Positions 37,176 to 49,687 of a stretch of 64,000 nucleotides of DNA are shown in pieces. The DNA comes from an uncultured Gemmatimonadales bacterium (GTDB lineage: Bacteria; Gemmatimonadota; Gemmatimonadetes; Gemmatimonadales; GWC2-71-9): the NCBI GenBank assembly GCA_963748815.1, contig CAVVKJ010000010.1:800001-864000 (forward strand), read 5' to 3'. The first letter of the stretch is position 1. The number at the start of each line of letters is the position of its first letter. The position numbers and the translations under genes are program-made. The notes under the pieces are model-generated. The model was not told the DNA's origin. It ran no database searches and worked only from the letters and a program-made list of their open reading frames with translations.

Positions 37176-38040
37176 ATGCTTGCTGCCGTAGACAGCTACC
37201 TGTCGGCTCGATCCCCATTTCAGCTCGGGATCTACTCCCTCGTCCTCCTCGCCGTCGTCGGCACGATCGACTACTCGACCGGGTACGAACTCTCCTTTTC
37301 GATCTTCTATGCCATCCCGGTCGGACTGAGCGCGTGGTACCTGGGGCGACGCTTCGGCCTGCTCTTCTCCATCCTCTCGGCGCTGGTCCTGTTCCTGGTC
37401 GACGCCGCAGCCGGCCATCCGTACATCGGCACCACCAGCCCCTACTGGAACACCGGTGTCCCCCTCGGGTTCTTCCTGATCATCACCGTGCTGCTCGACA
37501 CCCTTCACCGCGCGCTCGACGCCCTGGCCTCTCAGGCCCAGCGGGATGGGCTGACCGGCCTTCTCAACGACCGCACCTTCCGGGAACGCTGCCGCCCGGC
37601 CTTTGCCCTGGCGGCCCGGCACGGCCGGACGGTGGCGCTCGGGTACATCGACCTCGACGGGTTCAAGGGGATCAATGACCGGTCCGGGCACGCCGTGGGC
37701 GACCAGGTGCTGCGGGAAGTGGCCGCCGCGATCATGAAGCTCCTCCGCGGCACCGACTTCGCCGGCCGGCTCGGGGGCGACGAATTCGGGGTGCTGCTGG
37801 TGGAGACCACCCCCGACGGCCCCGCAGACCTTTTTCGGCCGGCTGCACGACGCCCTGAACTCGCTGGCGGCCAGGCACAGCTGGCCGCTCGGGATCAGCA
37901 TCGGCGTGGGAGTGTTCAACCCGCCCCCGACCACGCCCGACGACGGCATCAGGTACGCCGACGACCTGATGTACCGGGTCAAGCACTCGGGCAAGAACCG
38001 GGTGCTGGTCGAGGACTTTGACGGGGGGCGGGCGGGATAG
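37176..38040 (+). CDS. Membrane diguanylate cyclase (frameshift near 37825)
   Basis: Four TMs (DUF4118-like), DGLTGLLN, DLDGFKGINDRSGH, RGTD I-site, RLGGDEF; SIGV...ADDLMYRVKHSGKN in another frame. Confidence 0.88.
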
Positions 38041-38044
38041 CGGG

Positions 38045-38500
38045 CGACGAGGCGATCTTGGGCAGGCACCTCGGACCGACACGCAGGGACGCGGGAGGCA
38101 CGGAAGAGTTCCGTGTTTCCCGCGTTGCAGTTGTAGTTCCTGCCCCGCTGCCCAGCTACTGTACCCCACACCCCTGACCCCTCTCCCTCCGGGAAAAGGG
38201 TACTTCGTGTCGTTCGTGGCTTCCTGTGAGCAGTTCTCACGCGAAGCCGCGAAGCCACGAAGGGGGTCGCTGTCATTGCGAGGCCACGAAGTGGCCGAAG
38301 CAATCTCGGGTAGGCCCCCAGGGCCGACCAAGAGGGACGCGGGAAGCACGGAAAACAGCCGGAAACGCGGAAGAACTGCTTGGAGGGTGCTGACACGACC
38401 CCCCCAGACGGTTCTCCGAGCTTCCCTGACTTCCGCGTTTCCCGCGTTGCAGTTGCTGTTCCCGCCCCGCGGCCGCCCGGCCCTCTTTGCCTAGCGCACC
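38045..38500. repeat. Composite intergenic repeat cluster
   Basis: TTTCCCGCGTTGCAGTTG twice (~38116, ~38439); a CCCCT..CTCCC/GGGAAAAGGG element; GTCATTGCGAG..GAAGCAATCTC at ~38272. Confidence 0.7.
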
Positions 38501-38530
38501 ATCTCGGACCCGGTCATCTTTCCCCCCACA

Positions 38531-40882
38531 GTGACCGATTCCCTGCCCCCACTCGCCGCCGCACTCGCCAACCAGTACCGCATCGAGCGCGAGCTCGGCG
38601 CTGGCGGCATGGCCACGGTGTACCTGGCGCGCGACCTCAAGCACGACCGCGACGTGGCCATCAAGGTCCTCCGGCCGGAGCTCGCGGCCGCGCTCGGCGC
38701 CGAGCGATTCCTGGCCGAGGTGAAGATCACCGCCCGGCTCGACCATCCCCATATCCTGACCCTGATCGATTCCGGCGACGCCGACGGCACCCTCTACTAC
38801 GTCATGCCGTTCGTGCGAGGTGAGTCACTCCGGGCCCGCCTTACGCGGGAGCGGCAGCTCAGCCTCGACGGGGCGGTCGACATCATCTGTCAAATCGCCT
38901 CGGCGCTGGACTACGCCCACCGCCAGGGGGTCATCCACCGCGACATCAAGCCCGAGAACATCCTGCTGCACGAGGGGAATGCCTTCCTGACCGACTTCGG
39001 CATCGCCCTGGCCGTCAAGGAGGCCGGCGGCGAGCGCCTGACCGGCACCGGGCTCTCCCTCGGCACGCCGAGCTACATGAGCCCCGAGCAGGCGGCCGGG
39101 GATCGGGATCTCGACGCCCGGAGCGACGTCTACGCCCTGGGCGCGGTGACGTACGAGATGCTGGCGGGGGAGCCGCCGGTGACGGGCGCCTCGGTGCAGG
39201 CAATGATCGCCAAGCTGCTGACCGAGCGGCCGACGTCGCTCCGGGTGCTGCGGGACACCGTGCCGGCAGCGGTGGATGCGGCGGTGATGCAGGCCCTGGC
39301 CAAGGCGCCGATGGACCGGCAGGCAAGCGCGCGCGAATTTGCCGACGCCCTCTTCAGAGGAACGATTCTCACCCTCCCACCGCCGCCGCGCGCCGCTCCA
39401 GGACGCGGGAACAGGCAGGCATGGGCCATCGGCGTGCTCCTCCTCGTCGTCGCCGCCGTTTTCCTCTGGCGACGCGGGGGTGGAGCGGAGGAAAGCACCA
39501 TCCGTTCGATTGCGGTGTTGCCGCTCGACAACTACTCCGGCGATTCCACCCAGAACTACTTCGCCGAGGGGATGACGGATGAGCTGACCAGCAACCTCGC
39601 GATGATCAGCCAGCTCAGGGTGACGTCGCGCGGGTCGGCGATGCAGTTCAAGGGGAGCAATCGTCCGGCGACACCGGAGATCGCCAAGATCCTCGACGTG
39701 GACGCCATCGTCGAGGGTTCGGTGGTCCGCTCGGGCGACCGGGTGCGGATCACGGCGCAGCTGATCGACGCCCGGGCCGACAAGCACCTCTGGGCCCAGA
39801 CCTTCGAGCGCAATTCGAGTGACGTGCTGACGCTGCAGGCGGAGCTGGCGTCGGCCATTGCCAGCGCCATCAACGTGCAACTCACGTCGGGGGAGCAGTC
39901 TCGACTCTCGGCGGCACCGACGGTGAACCCCGAGGCTCACGACGCCTACCTCAAGGGGCGCTATTTCTTCAATCGGCCGACCGACGAGAACCTGCAGAAG
40001 GCCATCGCGCAGTTCAACGAGGCCATCCGGCTGAGCCCGACCTTTGCCCCGGCGTACTCGGGACTGTCGGACGCCTATGCGTGGGCCGCCTGGAACGAGG
40101 GATTCATCAGCGTCCTCGATGCGAAGCCGCTTGCCAAGGCCGCGGCAGAACAGGCGGTGCAACTCGACAGCGTGTCGGCAGAGGCGTTTACCTCGCTCGG
40201 CGTGTACAAAGCCTGGTTTGACTTCGACTGGGAAGGGAGTGAGCGAGAGCTTCGTCGAGCAATCGCACTCAATCCGAACTATGCCTTTGCGCACGACCAG
40301 CTCGGTCTGTTGCTGGCGAGCCAGGGGCGCTTCGACGAGGCGATCACCGAGGGAAATCGGGCCATCGAACTCGATCCACTCTCGGCGTCGATCCTGCTCG
40401 ATGCCGCCGCGTCGTACGGCTATGCCGGGAAGACGGCGCAGGAGATGGAGCTCATCCGGAAGGCCACAGACCTCGACCCGACCTTTTTCTATCCGCGCTT
40501 CCAGGAAGGTTACCTGGCGCTCTCCGCAGGGGACTACCCCAGGGCCATCGCGCAGTACGAGCAAGCCCGGGCCCTGGGTGCCCCGTCGTTCGTGACCGCC
40601 TATCTGGCATCCGCCTATGCCATGGCGGGCGACCGCACCCGTGCGATGGCCACCCTCGAGGAACTCAAGGGCCTTTCGCCAGGCGGCAACGTCGCCCCGT
40701 TCAACCTGGCACTGCTCTATCGGGGCCTCGGCGACCACGTGCGCGCGCTCGACTACCTCGAACAGGCCTACGCCGCCAATTCGCAGCAGGTGTTCTGGCT
40801 GAAGGTGGATCCACTCTGGGATCCGCTGCGGGAGGAGCCGCGGTTCAAGGCGCTGATGAAGAAGCTGAATTTCGGGGAGTGA
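38531..40882 (+). CDS. Ser/Thr kinase with TolB-like and TPR domains
   Basis: GAGGMATVY, HRDIKPEN, DFG, SPEQ; SIAVLPLDN..YFAEGMTDEL; TPRs; DPLREEPRF terminus. Confidence 0.95.
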   Translation: MTDSLPPLAAALANQYRIERELGAGGMATVYLARDLKHDRDVAIKVLRPELAAALGAERFLAEVKITARLDHPHILTLIDSGDADGTLYYVMPFVRGESLRARLTRERQLSLDGAVDIICQIASALDYAHRQGVIHRDIKPENILLHEGNAFLTDFGIALAVKEAGGERLTGTGLSLGTPSYMSPEQAAGDRDLDARSDVYALGAVTYEMLAGEPPVTGASVQAMIAKLLTERPTSLRVLRDTVPAAVDAAVMQALAKAPMDRQASAREFADALFRGTILTLPPPPRAAPGRGNRQAWAIGVLLLVVAAVFLWRRGGGAEESTIRSIAVLPLDNYSGDSTQNYFAEGMTDELTSNLAMISQLRVTSRGSAMQFKGSNRPATPEIAKILDVDAIVEGSVVRSGDRVRITAQLIDARADKHLWAQTFERNSSDVLTLQAELASAIASAINVQLTSGEQSRLSAAPTVNPEAHDAYLKGRYFFNRPTDENLQKAIAQFNEAIRLSPTFAPAYSGLSDAYAWAAWNEGFISVLDAKPLAKAAAEQAVQLDSVSAEAFTSLGVYKAWFDFDWEGSERELRRAIALNPNYAFAHDQLGLLLASQGRFDEAITEGNRAIELDPLSASILLDAAASYGYAGKTAQEMELIRKATDLDPTFFYPRFQEGYLALSAGDYPRAIAQYEQARALGAPSFVTAYLASAYAMAGDRTRAMATLEELKGLSPGGNVAPFNLALLYRGLGDHVRALDYLEQAYAANSQQVFWLKVDPLWDPLREEPRFKALMKKLNFGE

Positions 40883-40893
40883 GGGGGGCTTCT

Positions 40894-40936
40894 GTCATTG
40901 CGAGGAGGCCCCGGCAGGGGCCGACGAAGCAATCTC
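40894..40936. repeat. GTCATTGCGAG...GAAGCAATCTC REP-like element
   Basis: Second copy of the element at ~38272-38307; lies between convergent genes. Confidence 0.75.
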
Positions 40937-40975
40937 GATGCTGCCTCCCCGCCTCCCTGCCCCGCTTCCCCGCCA

Positions 40976-43900
40976 TCACCTCCCAAACGACTTCCGCCGC
41001 GGCTGCGGCCGGTCCCCGATCACCACGCGCACATGGTGCACGGCCCCGTCGTCGACCAGCGGAATGGCGGCGGGGTCGCACGCCACGCCGTCCAGCTCGG
41101 CCTCGGCGATGCCACGGCCGCGACGCTTCGGGTTGGACACGGCGATCTCGTACCGGGTGCGCCCGTACCGCCAGCTGATCGCATACTCGGGCCAGGCCGC
41201 CGGAATGCAGGGATCGAGCTCGAAGGTCGCTCCTCGCCGCGTGAGGCCGAGAATGCTCTCGAGCCCGGCGCGATACATCCAGCCCGCCGAACCGGTGTAC
41301 CAGGTCCAGCCGCCGCGGCCCGCGTGCGCCGCGTGGGCGTACACGTCGCCCGGCGTCACGTACGGCTTCGACCTTGTAGCGTTCCACATCGGCGGCGGTG
41401 CGCGTGTGGTTGATCGGGTTCAGCATGTGGAACAGCTCCATCGCCTCGTCGCCGTTGCCGAGCCGGGCCGACGGCCATGATCGTCCAGATCGCGGCGTGG
41501 GTGTACTGCCCGCCGTTCTCCCGGACGCCCGGCGGATATCCCTTGATGTAGCCCGGGATCCTGCGCGGGAGCGATCGAACGGGGGCGTGAACAGGAGCAC
41601 CGCCCGCGCGCCCCGCCGCACGAGGTGGGTGCGGACCGCGTCCATGGCCCGCTCCGCGCGCGCCGAGGGGGCGGCGCCGGAGAGCACGGCCCAGGTCTGC
41701 GCAGATCGAGTCGATCTTGCATTCGTCGTTCTGCGCCGACCCGAGCGGCGAACCGTCGTCGTAGTAGCCCCGCCGGTACCAGTCGCCGTCCCAGGCCAGT
41801 TCCGAGCATGGTCGCCAGCCGGCTGGCCTCGCCGGCGTAGCGGACGCGCGTGCTGCCGGTCGCCCGCGCTCGCACAGAGCGGCGCCGAGCTTGCTGCAGC
41901 ACCGCGTAGCAGGAACCAGCCGAGCCACACGCTTTCGCCCCGACCCTCGCTGCCCCACCCGGTTCATGCCGTCGTTCCAGTCGCCGCTCCCGATGAGCGG
42001 GCAGGCCGTGCGCGCCGGCCGTGAGGCTCCGCTCCACGGCGCGGATGCAGTGCTCCAGGAGGGACGCCGACTCGGTGGACGCGCCGGGCTGCAGGTACGC
42101 CTCGATCTCGCCCGACACGAGCGGCGGCGCCGTCGAGGAACGGGACGACCTCCCGCAGGATGCCGTCGTCGCCCGTCGCCTCGACATAGTGCGCCACCGC
42201 GAAGGGCAGCCAGAGCAGGTCGTCGGAACAGCGGGTGCGCGTGCCGCGGCCCGACGGCTCGTGCCACCAGTGCTGCACGTCGCCCTCGACGAACTGGCGG
42301 CCGGCCGCCCGCAGGATGTGCTCGCGCAGCAGGTCCGGCCGGGCGAACGACCAGCGACATCGCGTCCTGGAGCTGGTCGCGGAAGCCGTAGGCGCCGCCG
42401 GGCTGGTACAGGGCGGACCGCGCCCACAGCCGGCAGCTCACGCACCTGGTAGAGCAGCCACCGGTTCATGAGCAGGTCGAAGGAGTCGTCCGGCGTCTTC
42501 ACCTGGATGGTGCCGAGGAGCTCGTCCCAGCGACCGGTCACCGTGGCAAGCGCGGCCTCGGCGGCCGCGACGCTCCGGTGCCGCGCCAGGAGTTCGCGCG
42601 CGTGCGCCGCGTCACGACCCTCGCCCAGCGTCCACGCCACCTGACGCGTCTCTCCCGGCGCCAGCTCGAGCTGCACCTGCAGGGCCGCGCAGGGATCCAG
42701 CCCGGCGCCGATCTCGCCGGACAGCACGTGGCGGCTCAGGGCCGGCGGGCCGCGCCAGCGAGCCGTTCCGGCCCAGGAACGAGAGGCGGTCCGCCGGAAA
42801 TGGAGTGCGGCGTGTCGCTGCTGGCGGCGAACGCGACCCGGTCGGGGAACTCCTCGTTGTAGGGGTTGGTCGCGAGCACCGCGCCGGTCACCGAATCCTG
42901 CTCGGTCACGACGTGCAGGTGCGCGCCCGAGCCGCGGCGGGCCGAGGCGCCACTCGGCGTAGCCGAACAGGCTGAGCCGGCGCGTGCGCGGCGCTCCGGT
43001 TGGTCAGCGTCAGGAGCGAGAACTTGACCGGGTCACTGGCGTCCACGAAGACCGCCAGCTCCTGCTCGATCTCGTGGGAGGCGTGCGCAAACCGCGACAC
43101 ACCGGCGGCGTGGCGCACCACGTAGCGACCGCTGTCCGCGGTCCGGGGCATCGGTCCCGGCGTCGGGCGACCAGACGTCACCGGTCTCGTCGTCCCGCAG
43201 GAAGAGCGCCTCGCCGGTCGGGTCGCTGACCGGATCGTTCGAGAACGGCGTCAGCCGGTTCTCCCGGCTGTTCTCCGCCCAGGTGTACGCGGACCCGGAG
43301 GCCGACACGACGGTCCCGAAGCCGGGATTCGCGATGACGTTGACCCAGGGGAGCGGCGTCTCGGCGTCGCCGTCGAGCACGACGACGTACTCGCGCCCAT
43401 CGTCGGCGAATCCACCCGACCCGTTGCCGAGGGTGAGTCGGGGGCACCTCGACCGCGACGGCCGTCGCGCTCGGGGATCGGCACCGCCGGGGGCGCAGCA
43501 ATCTCGGGATCCAATCGCGGCTCGGCGTAGGGCCGGTCCAGCTGGGCCATCAGCGTGCCCCGCTCCCCGCTCAGGACGGCGCGCGCCACGCTCGAGAGCA
43601 GGTGGCGCTCGGCCTCGCTCATCCGGTCGCCCACGCAACAGGAACACGCCGCCGGGCCGGTGCTTCCACGCACCCCACGGTCCGGTGTCGAGCACCACGC
43701 CGAGCTGCACGTGCATCTCGTCGAGGTAGCTCACCGGATGCTCGTTGAGGATGACGACGTCGGCGCTGAGCCCCTTGAGCCGCCAGTACTCCTGGGCCTG
43801 CAGCACCTGGCGGACCAGCGGGATGTCGTCTTCCTCGACGACGCGCACCAGGAGAATGGGCAGGTCGCCCGAAATCCCGTGGGCCCAGAGCCCGGGCCGC

Positions 43901-46900
43901 CCGAGCGTCGCTCCCGAGGGCGCTTCGGGCGCGGCACCGAGCGACCGGTCGGTGTAGAGGACCCGGGAGGCGAGGCGTTCGTAGAGCTGGGCCTCGTCGC
44001 TCGTGATGCCCATGTGGCGGAGCGTGCTCTGGGCCTGGGTGTAGGCCAGCGCAAAGGTGCGCGCCGCCGCGCTCGGGTCGTGGTACTTGTGGGCGATGGC
44101 CAGGGCGCCCTCGCGGCTCGAGGCCATCCCGGTGGCAAAGGAGAGGCGCACGAAGCCGCCGGGCGCCAGCCGGATCCGCTGCCGAAGGCTCACGATGGGA
44201 TCCAGCACGGCGCCCACCGTCCCCGAGAGCGCGCGGCCGTCGAGCGCCACGGGATCTGCGGGCCCCCTGCCCCGACCCAGGAACCGGAGGCGGTCGGTCT
44301 CCCACTCCACCGGCCCCTGCATCCGTCCCTCGACGCTCAGCACGTGGACCGCCCAGGCGCCGGCCTCCTCCCGCGAGCGGGGCCGCCGGCCGCAGAGCAG
44401 CGCGGAGCTCTCCGCCAGGTATTCCGTCTCGACGAAGAGCTTGCCGAACGCCGGATGCGCGAGGTCGTCCGCGATCGACACCAGCGCGATCTCGGCGTAG
44501 CTGGTGATTTCCAGCTCGCGATGGCGGTCGCTCAGGTTGGTCACGGCCAGGCGGCGGACCTCGACGTCGTCCTCGGTCGACACGGCGATGTCGAGCTGGG
44601 TCGAGATGCCGTCGTCGGTCCGTCGGAATACCGCTCGCTCCGGCTGGTACGTCACCAGGTACTCTTCCGGCTCGCGGCCCGTCGGGTGGTAGGCCGCCGA
44701 CCACACCGACCCGTTCCGCACGTCGCGGAGGTAGAGGAACTGGCTGCCGACGTCGCGGGTGGCGTCTTCGCGGTAGCGGGTGACCGCGCGGCCGCGGCAG
44801 AGGCTGGCGCCGCCGCCGGCGTTGGTGACCACCGCGACATACGCCCCGTTCGACAGGAACTGCGCGTGCGGGAAGCGGGTGTGCGGCGACCGGAACCGCC
44901 GCACCGCCCCCGGCGTGGCCGCCGCGGCCGCGCGCGTCTCCTCAGCGGGATGCGGCTGGGAGATGGGCGCGTGTCGCGGCACCCGCTCCTGCAGCAGCAG
45001 CGCCGTGGCCTGCACCCGGGGGTCGGCGTGGAAGCGGCGCACCATCACGTCGCCCAGCAGGGTGTTGGCCAGGGCGATGAGGCTCATCCCCTGGTGGTGG
45101 GCCAGGTAGGCCTGCACGACGACGCCCCGCGGGGCCGATGGCGCCGGGGCGCTGCCGGGATCGCTGTCCAGCGCCTTGCGATGGGTGTAGTCGACGGATT
45201 CGTAGAAGCCGTACGCACCCTCGGCGCCCTCGCGCGCGAGCCGCCGGAAGTTCTGCGCGGCCCGGGTCGGGTCCACCATCGCGGCCAGCGCGGTCGCGTA
45301 TGGCGCCACCACGAGGTCGTCGCCCAGCCCCCGCTTGAGCCCGAGCCCCGGCACGCCAAAGGCCTTGTACTGGTAGTTGCCGTGGCGGTCCACGATGTTG
45401 AAGCCGGACTCCGAGATCCCCCACGGCACGCCCCGCTCCCGGCCGTAGTCCATTTGCCGGCGCACCGCCATGTGGCTCGACTGATCGAGCAGCGTCCCGG
45501 CGTAGCTCCGCATGACGAGCATCGGCATCAGGTACTCGAACAGCGTGGCGCCCCAGGAGAGGAGCGTGGAGGCGCCGTCCACGCTGGTCAGCAGGCGCCC
45601 GAGGTGGAACCAGTGGCTGTCGGGGACGTCGCCCTTGGCGATGGCCACGAAGCTCGCGAGCCGAGCTTCCGAGGCGAGGAGGTCGTAGAACGACGGGTCG
45701 AGGCGGCCGGGGCCTTCGGCGTCCGCCAGCCGGAAACCGATGGCGAAGATCTGGCGCTGGCGGTCGTAGAGGAAGCCGAAGGACATGCCCTCCACGAAAG
45801 CCAGCGCGCGGTTCGCGAGCGCCTCGAGCCGTGCATCCGGCCCGCCCGAGGGGCCGTCGGTGGCCAGCGCCGCGGCCAGGGTCTGCGCCCAGGCGATGCC
45901 CTCCCCGGACGGCCCGACGCAGCCCAGCGCCTCGACGAGGTTCGGCCGCAGGCCGGCGGCAAGGGTCAGGCTTTCCTCGGCGTCCTCGACGCCATTCAAA
46001 GCGCCCAGCAGGGCGGTCACGGCCGACTCCAGCCGTGCGCCCGCGCCGGGCGCCGTGTCTTTCGGCGGCGCGGAGGCGAGCGCGCCCGCGGCGACGGCGG
46101 CGGTGTCGCGCAGGCCGGACCGGCGCTGCGCCGGCGACTGCGGTGATGCCGCGAGCTCCTTCAATCCCTCGGCCAGCGCGATCAGCGCCCCGGCGAGGTT
46201 GCCGCTGTCCACGGTGGACACGTACCCCGGCGGCAGCGGCGCCAGGGTGCTGGTGTCGTACCAGTTCAGGAGATGCCCCTCGTAGCGCTCCAGCCCCTCC
46301 ATCGTGGTCATCAGCGCGTCGAGCCGCTCCAGCAGCTCGTCGGTGCGGATGTAGCCGAGGTCGTGGGCGGCCAGGGTGGACAGCAGGCCCATCGCGATGT
46401 TCGTCGGCGAGGTCCGGTGCGCCACGACGGGGTCCGGCGTCTCCTGCACGTTGTCCGGCGGCAGGCCGTGGTCGGCGGCGCCCATGAAGGTGTCGAAGAA
46501 CCGCCAGGTCTTCCGCGCGATCCCGTGGAGCAGCAGGCGATCCTCCGCGCCGAGCCGGTGCCGCGCGGGCCTGACGGGCTGGCTCAGCCACCAGGCGATG
46601 AGCGGCGCACCCAGCCACAGGGCGAGGATGGGCAGGGCCACCGGGAGTGCGTCCGGCCGCGCCCCGACCACCAGGACCGCCAGGAGCAGGGCGGTCAGCG
46701 GGCTGGCAGCCATTTCCCCTACGAAGAGCAGGAGCCCGCCCTTCACGGCGAGTCCCGCGGAGCGGGCCGCCGTGGCCGCCGCCGTTTCCCACTCGAGCAG
46801 GCGCCGCTGGGTAACGATGAGGCGGATCAGCGTGAGGACGATGGCGTGCGCCATCTCGTACGCGTGGTAGGCGAGGAAGGTCACCAGCAGGACCACCTGG

Positions 46901-49545
46901 GCGGCGGCGGTCTTCACGTCCTCGATCAGCAGCCGCCAGAAGACCCGGAGGGGCTGCTGCGGCGCGGGGCCCGCCAGGAACCGGAGGACCAGCGGGTAGA
47001 GCGGGAACGCCATCGTGCCGAGGATCAGCGCGGTCCACACCCAGGCGGCGCCGGGAAGCACGAGCCAGGCACCCGCCAGCGCCACCAGGGTGGCCGGTGC
47101 CACCAGCGTGCGCCGCAGGTTGTCCAGGATCTTCCAGCGGGAAATGATCGGCAACCTGTTGCGTTCGAGGCCCTGGCGGGTCGGCACGAGCGGGAAGAGC
47201 CAGAACAGGATCTGCCAGTCGCCGCGGGCCCACCGATGCTGGCGGCGCGCGTGGGTGAGCACGCTGGCTGGGTAGTCGTCCACCACCTCGACGTCGGTCA
47301 CGAGGGCGGGCCGCGCGTGCAGTCCCTCGAACAGGTCGTGCGAGAGCATCGAGTTCTCGGGCACCCGCCCCTCGAGCGCCGCCATGAAGGCGTCCACGTC
47401 GTAGAGGCCCTTGCCCGTGAAGATCCCCTCGCTGAAGAGGTCCTGGTAGGTGTCCGAGACCGCGGTGGTGTAGGGATCCACGCCGGTGTGCCCGGCGTAG
47501 AGCCGCGAAAAGAGCGACCCGGCAGCACTCGCGAGCGTGACGCTCACCCGGGGCTGGAGGATGCCGTAGCCTTCGGTCACCCGGCGGAGCCGGGAATCGA
47601 AGTGGGGGCGGTTCAGCGGGTGCGCGATGATGCCGATGAGCTGCCGGGCGGCGTTGCGCGGCAGGCGGGTGTCGCTGTCCAGGGTGATGCAGTAGCGCAC
47701 GCCCGGGAGGAACTCCGGCTCGCCGACGTGGACGTGGAAGCTGGTGTCCGTGGCTCCCCGCACCAGGCGGTTGAATTCCTCGAGTTTGCCGCGCTTCCGC
47801 TCCCAGCCCATCCAGGAGCCTTCGTGCGAGTTCCACTGGCGCACCCGGTGGAACAGGTGGAACCGTCCGGGGCGGCCCCCGCCGGTCTCTGCGTTGAGTG
47901 CGGCGATCCCGCGTTCCGCGGCGTCGAGGATCTCGGCGTCGCCCGGCATCGACTCGGCCGCGGCGTCGGTGAAGTCGCTCAGGATGGCGAAGTGGATCTG
48001 CGGATCGCTGTTGCCGAGTGCCAGGACCTCCAGGTGCTCGATGAGTTCCTCGACGCCGTGGACGCTAGTCAGCAGCGTCGGGATGACCACCATGGTCCGG
48101 GCGCGCTCCGGCACCCCGTGCAGGAACTCCAGCCGGGGGAGTCGGCGCGGGGGGAGGAAGTGCGCCGCCAGCCGCTGGACCAGCGCGATGCCGAGTTCGG
48201 AGGCGGGAAAGAGGAGGAGGGCCACCGCGAGCAGCTCGGCCCAGGCGTCGCCGCCCGACACGCGCGCATAGGCGGCGGCAATGATCAGCAGGATGCCGGT
48301 GGCGAGTCCGATGGACCCGAGGTAGACGCTGGTGGCGTGGGTGGACACGAAGCGCCGCGCCCGCCCCTCGAGGGTGGGCTGGTAGGAGACGTCCGTTTCC
48401 AGTTTCCGCCGCCCCGCCCCGATCAGGTGATAGCCCACGTGCGCGGCGCGATCGTCCGGCGAGCCCTGCTCCGCCGCGTGCCGGGCGCTCTCCACCACCC
48501 GGAGCGCCGCCCGGAGCTGCGCCTCGCCGCTGGGCTCGGCGAGTTCCTCCACCGCCTGCCGGTACCGGTCGCGGCTCTGGAAGTCCATCTGGCCGTACGC
48601 CGCGGCGGGGTCCCGCCGCAGGACCTGCTCGACGAGGCTGACGCTTTCGAAGAAGACCGCCCAGTCCAGCGTCGAGCAGAGCCGGAGGCTGGTGATCGCG
48701 TTGCCCACCGAGACCTGCGCCGTGGCCTGGGCCTGGTGTTCGGTCCGGATCACGTCCTCGGCGGTCATCCCCTGGGCGGTGAGCCGCTCTTCCACGGCCG
48801 CGCGCACCGGGGACACCAGGGGGCCGTACTCGCGCATCCGCTGCAGAAGGCGTACGACGAACGCCGTCTCGAGGGTGTCGGGGAGGGCGGCCATGGCGCC
48901 GGCGGTGCCGGCGCCGGCGATCTGGTCGAGGTAGCGGTCGGCCGCGAGGCGCGCTTCGCGCGCGGCGAGCGTCTCCTCCGCCAGGCGCCGCAGGTTCTCG
49001 ATCAGCGCGATCTTGAGCATGCTGGGCCAGGCCCACAGCTCGCCGATGGTCAGAGGGGCCACGGTCTGGTAGGCGGTCATGAACCGACACCAGCTGCACG
49101 CGATCGAGGCGCCCGTCGGTGTGGCGGATCAACTCCAGCGCCATGGCGTGGATGCGCGCCATGCCCGCCATTTCGCGGGGCGCCAGCTTGGGGAGCCCGC
49201 GGTAATACCGGCGCGGCAGGTCGTGCCGCACGCCGCGGAACTCCGACTCGATCAGGTGGGCGTTGTCGAGGTGCCATTCGGCGGCGGGGGCGAGGAACTC
49301 GCCGCGGTGGACGTCGTCCGCCAGGATGCGATAGGCGTCGCGAAGGACCCGGGCGTTGTCGTCGAGGCGGAGGAAGAAGGGCTGGGTCCGGCCCCGGGTC
49401 CCGCGGCCAGGGTGAAGCTGGCGGCGAGCACGCGGGCGCGCTCCTCGAGGCGCTCGATGCTCAGCAGTTCGGCGCGGAGCGGGCTCTCACGGGTGGGGCC
49501 GCGCGGCCGGAAGACACGGAGGAGGGGGTGCAGGGCGTCGATCAC
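40976..49545 (-). CDS. Cyclic beta-1,2-glucan synthase (Cgs/ChvB type: GT84, cyclising domain, GH94), many frameshifts
   Basis: [88 protein letters not shown]; ~2850 codons in total. Confidence 0.9.
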
Positions 49546-49687
49546 GTCGAAGTGTACATCACTCGGCGGGGAAGCGGGGAAGCGGGGAGGGCCTCACCCC
49601 CCGGCCCCCTCGACTATGAGCGTCCTCACCCCCTGTCCCCTGTCACCCCGGCGAAAGCCGGGGTCCGGCAAGCGGAGAGGGGGGACG

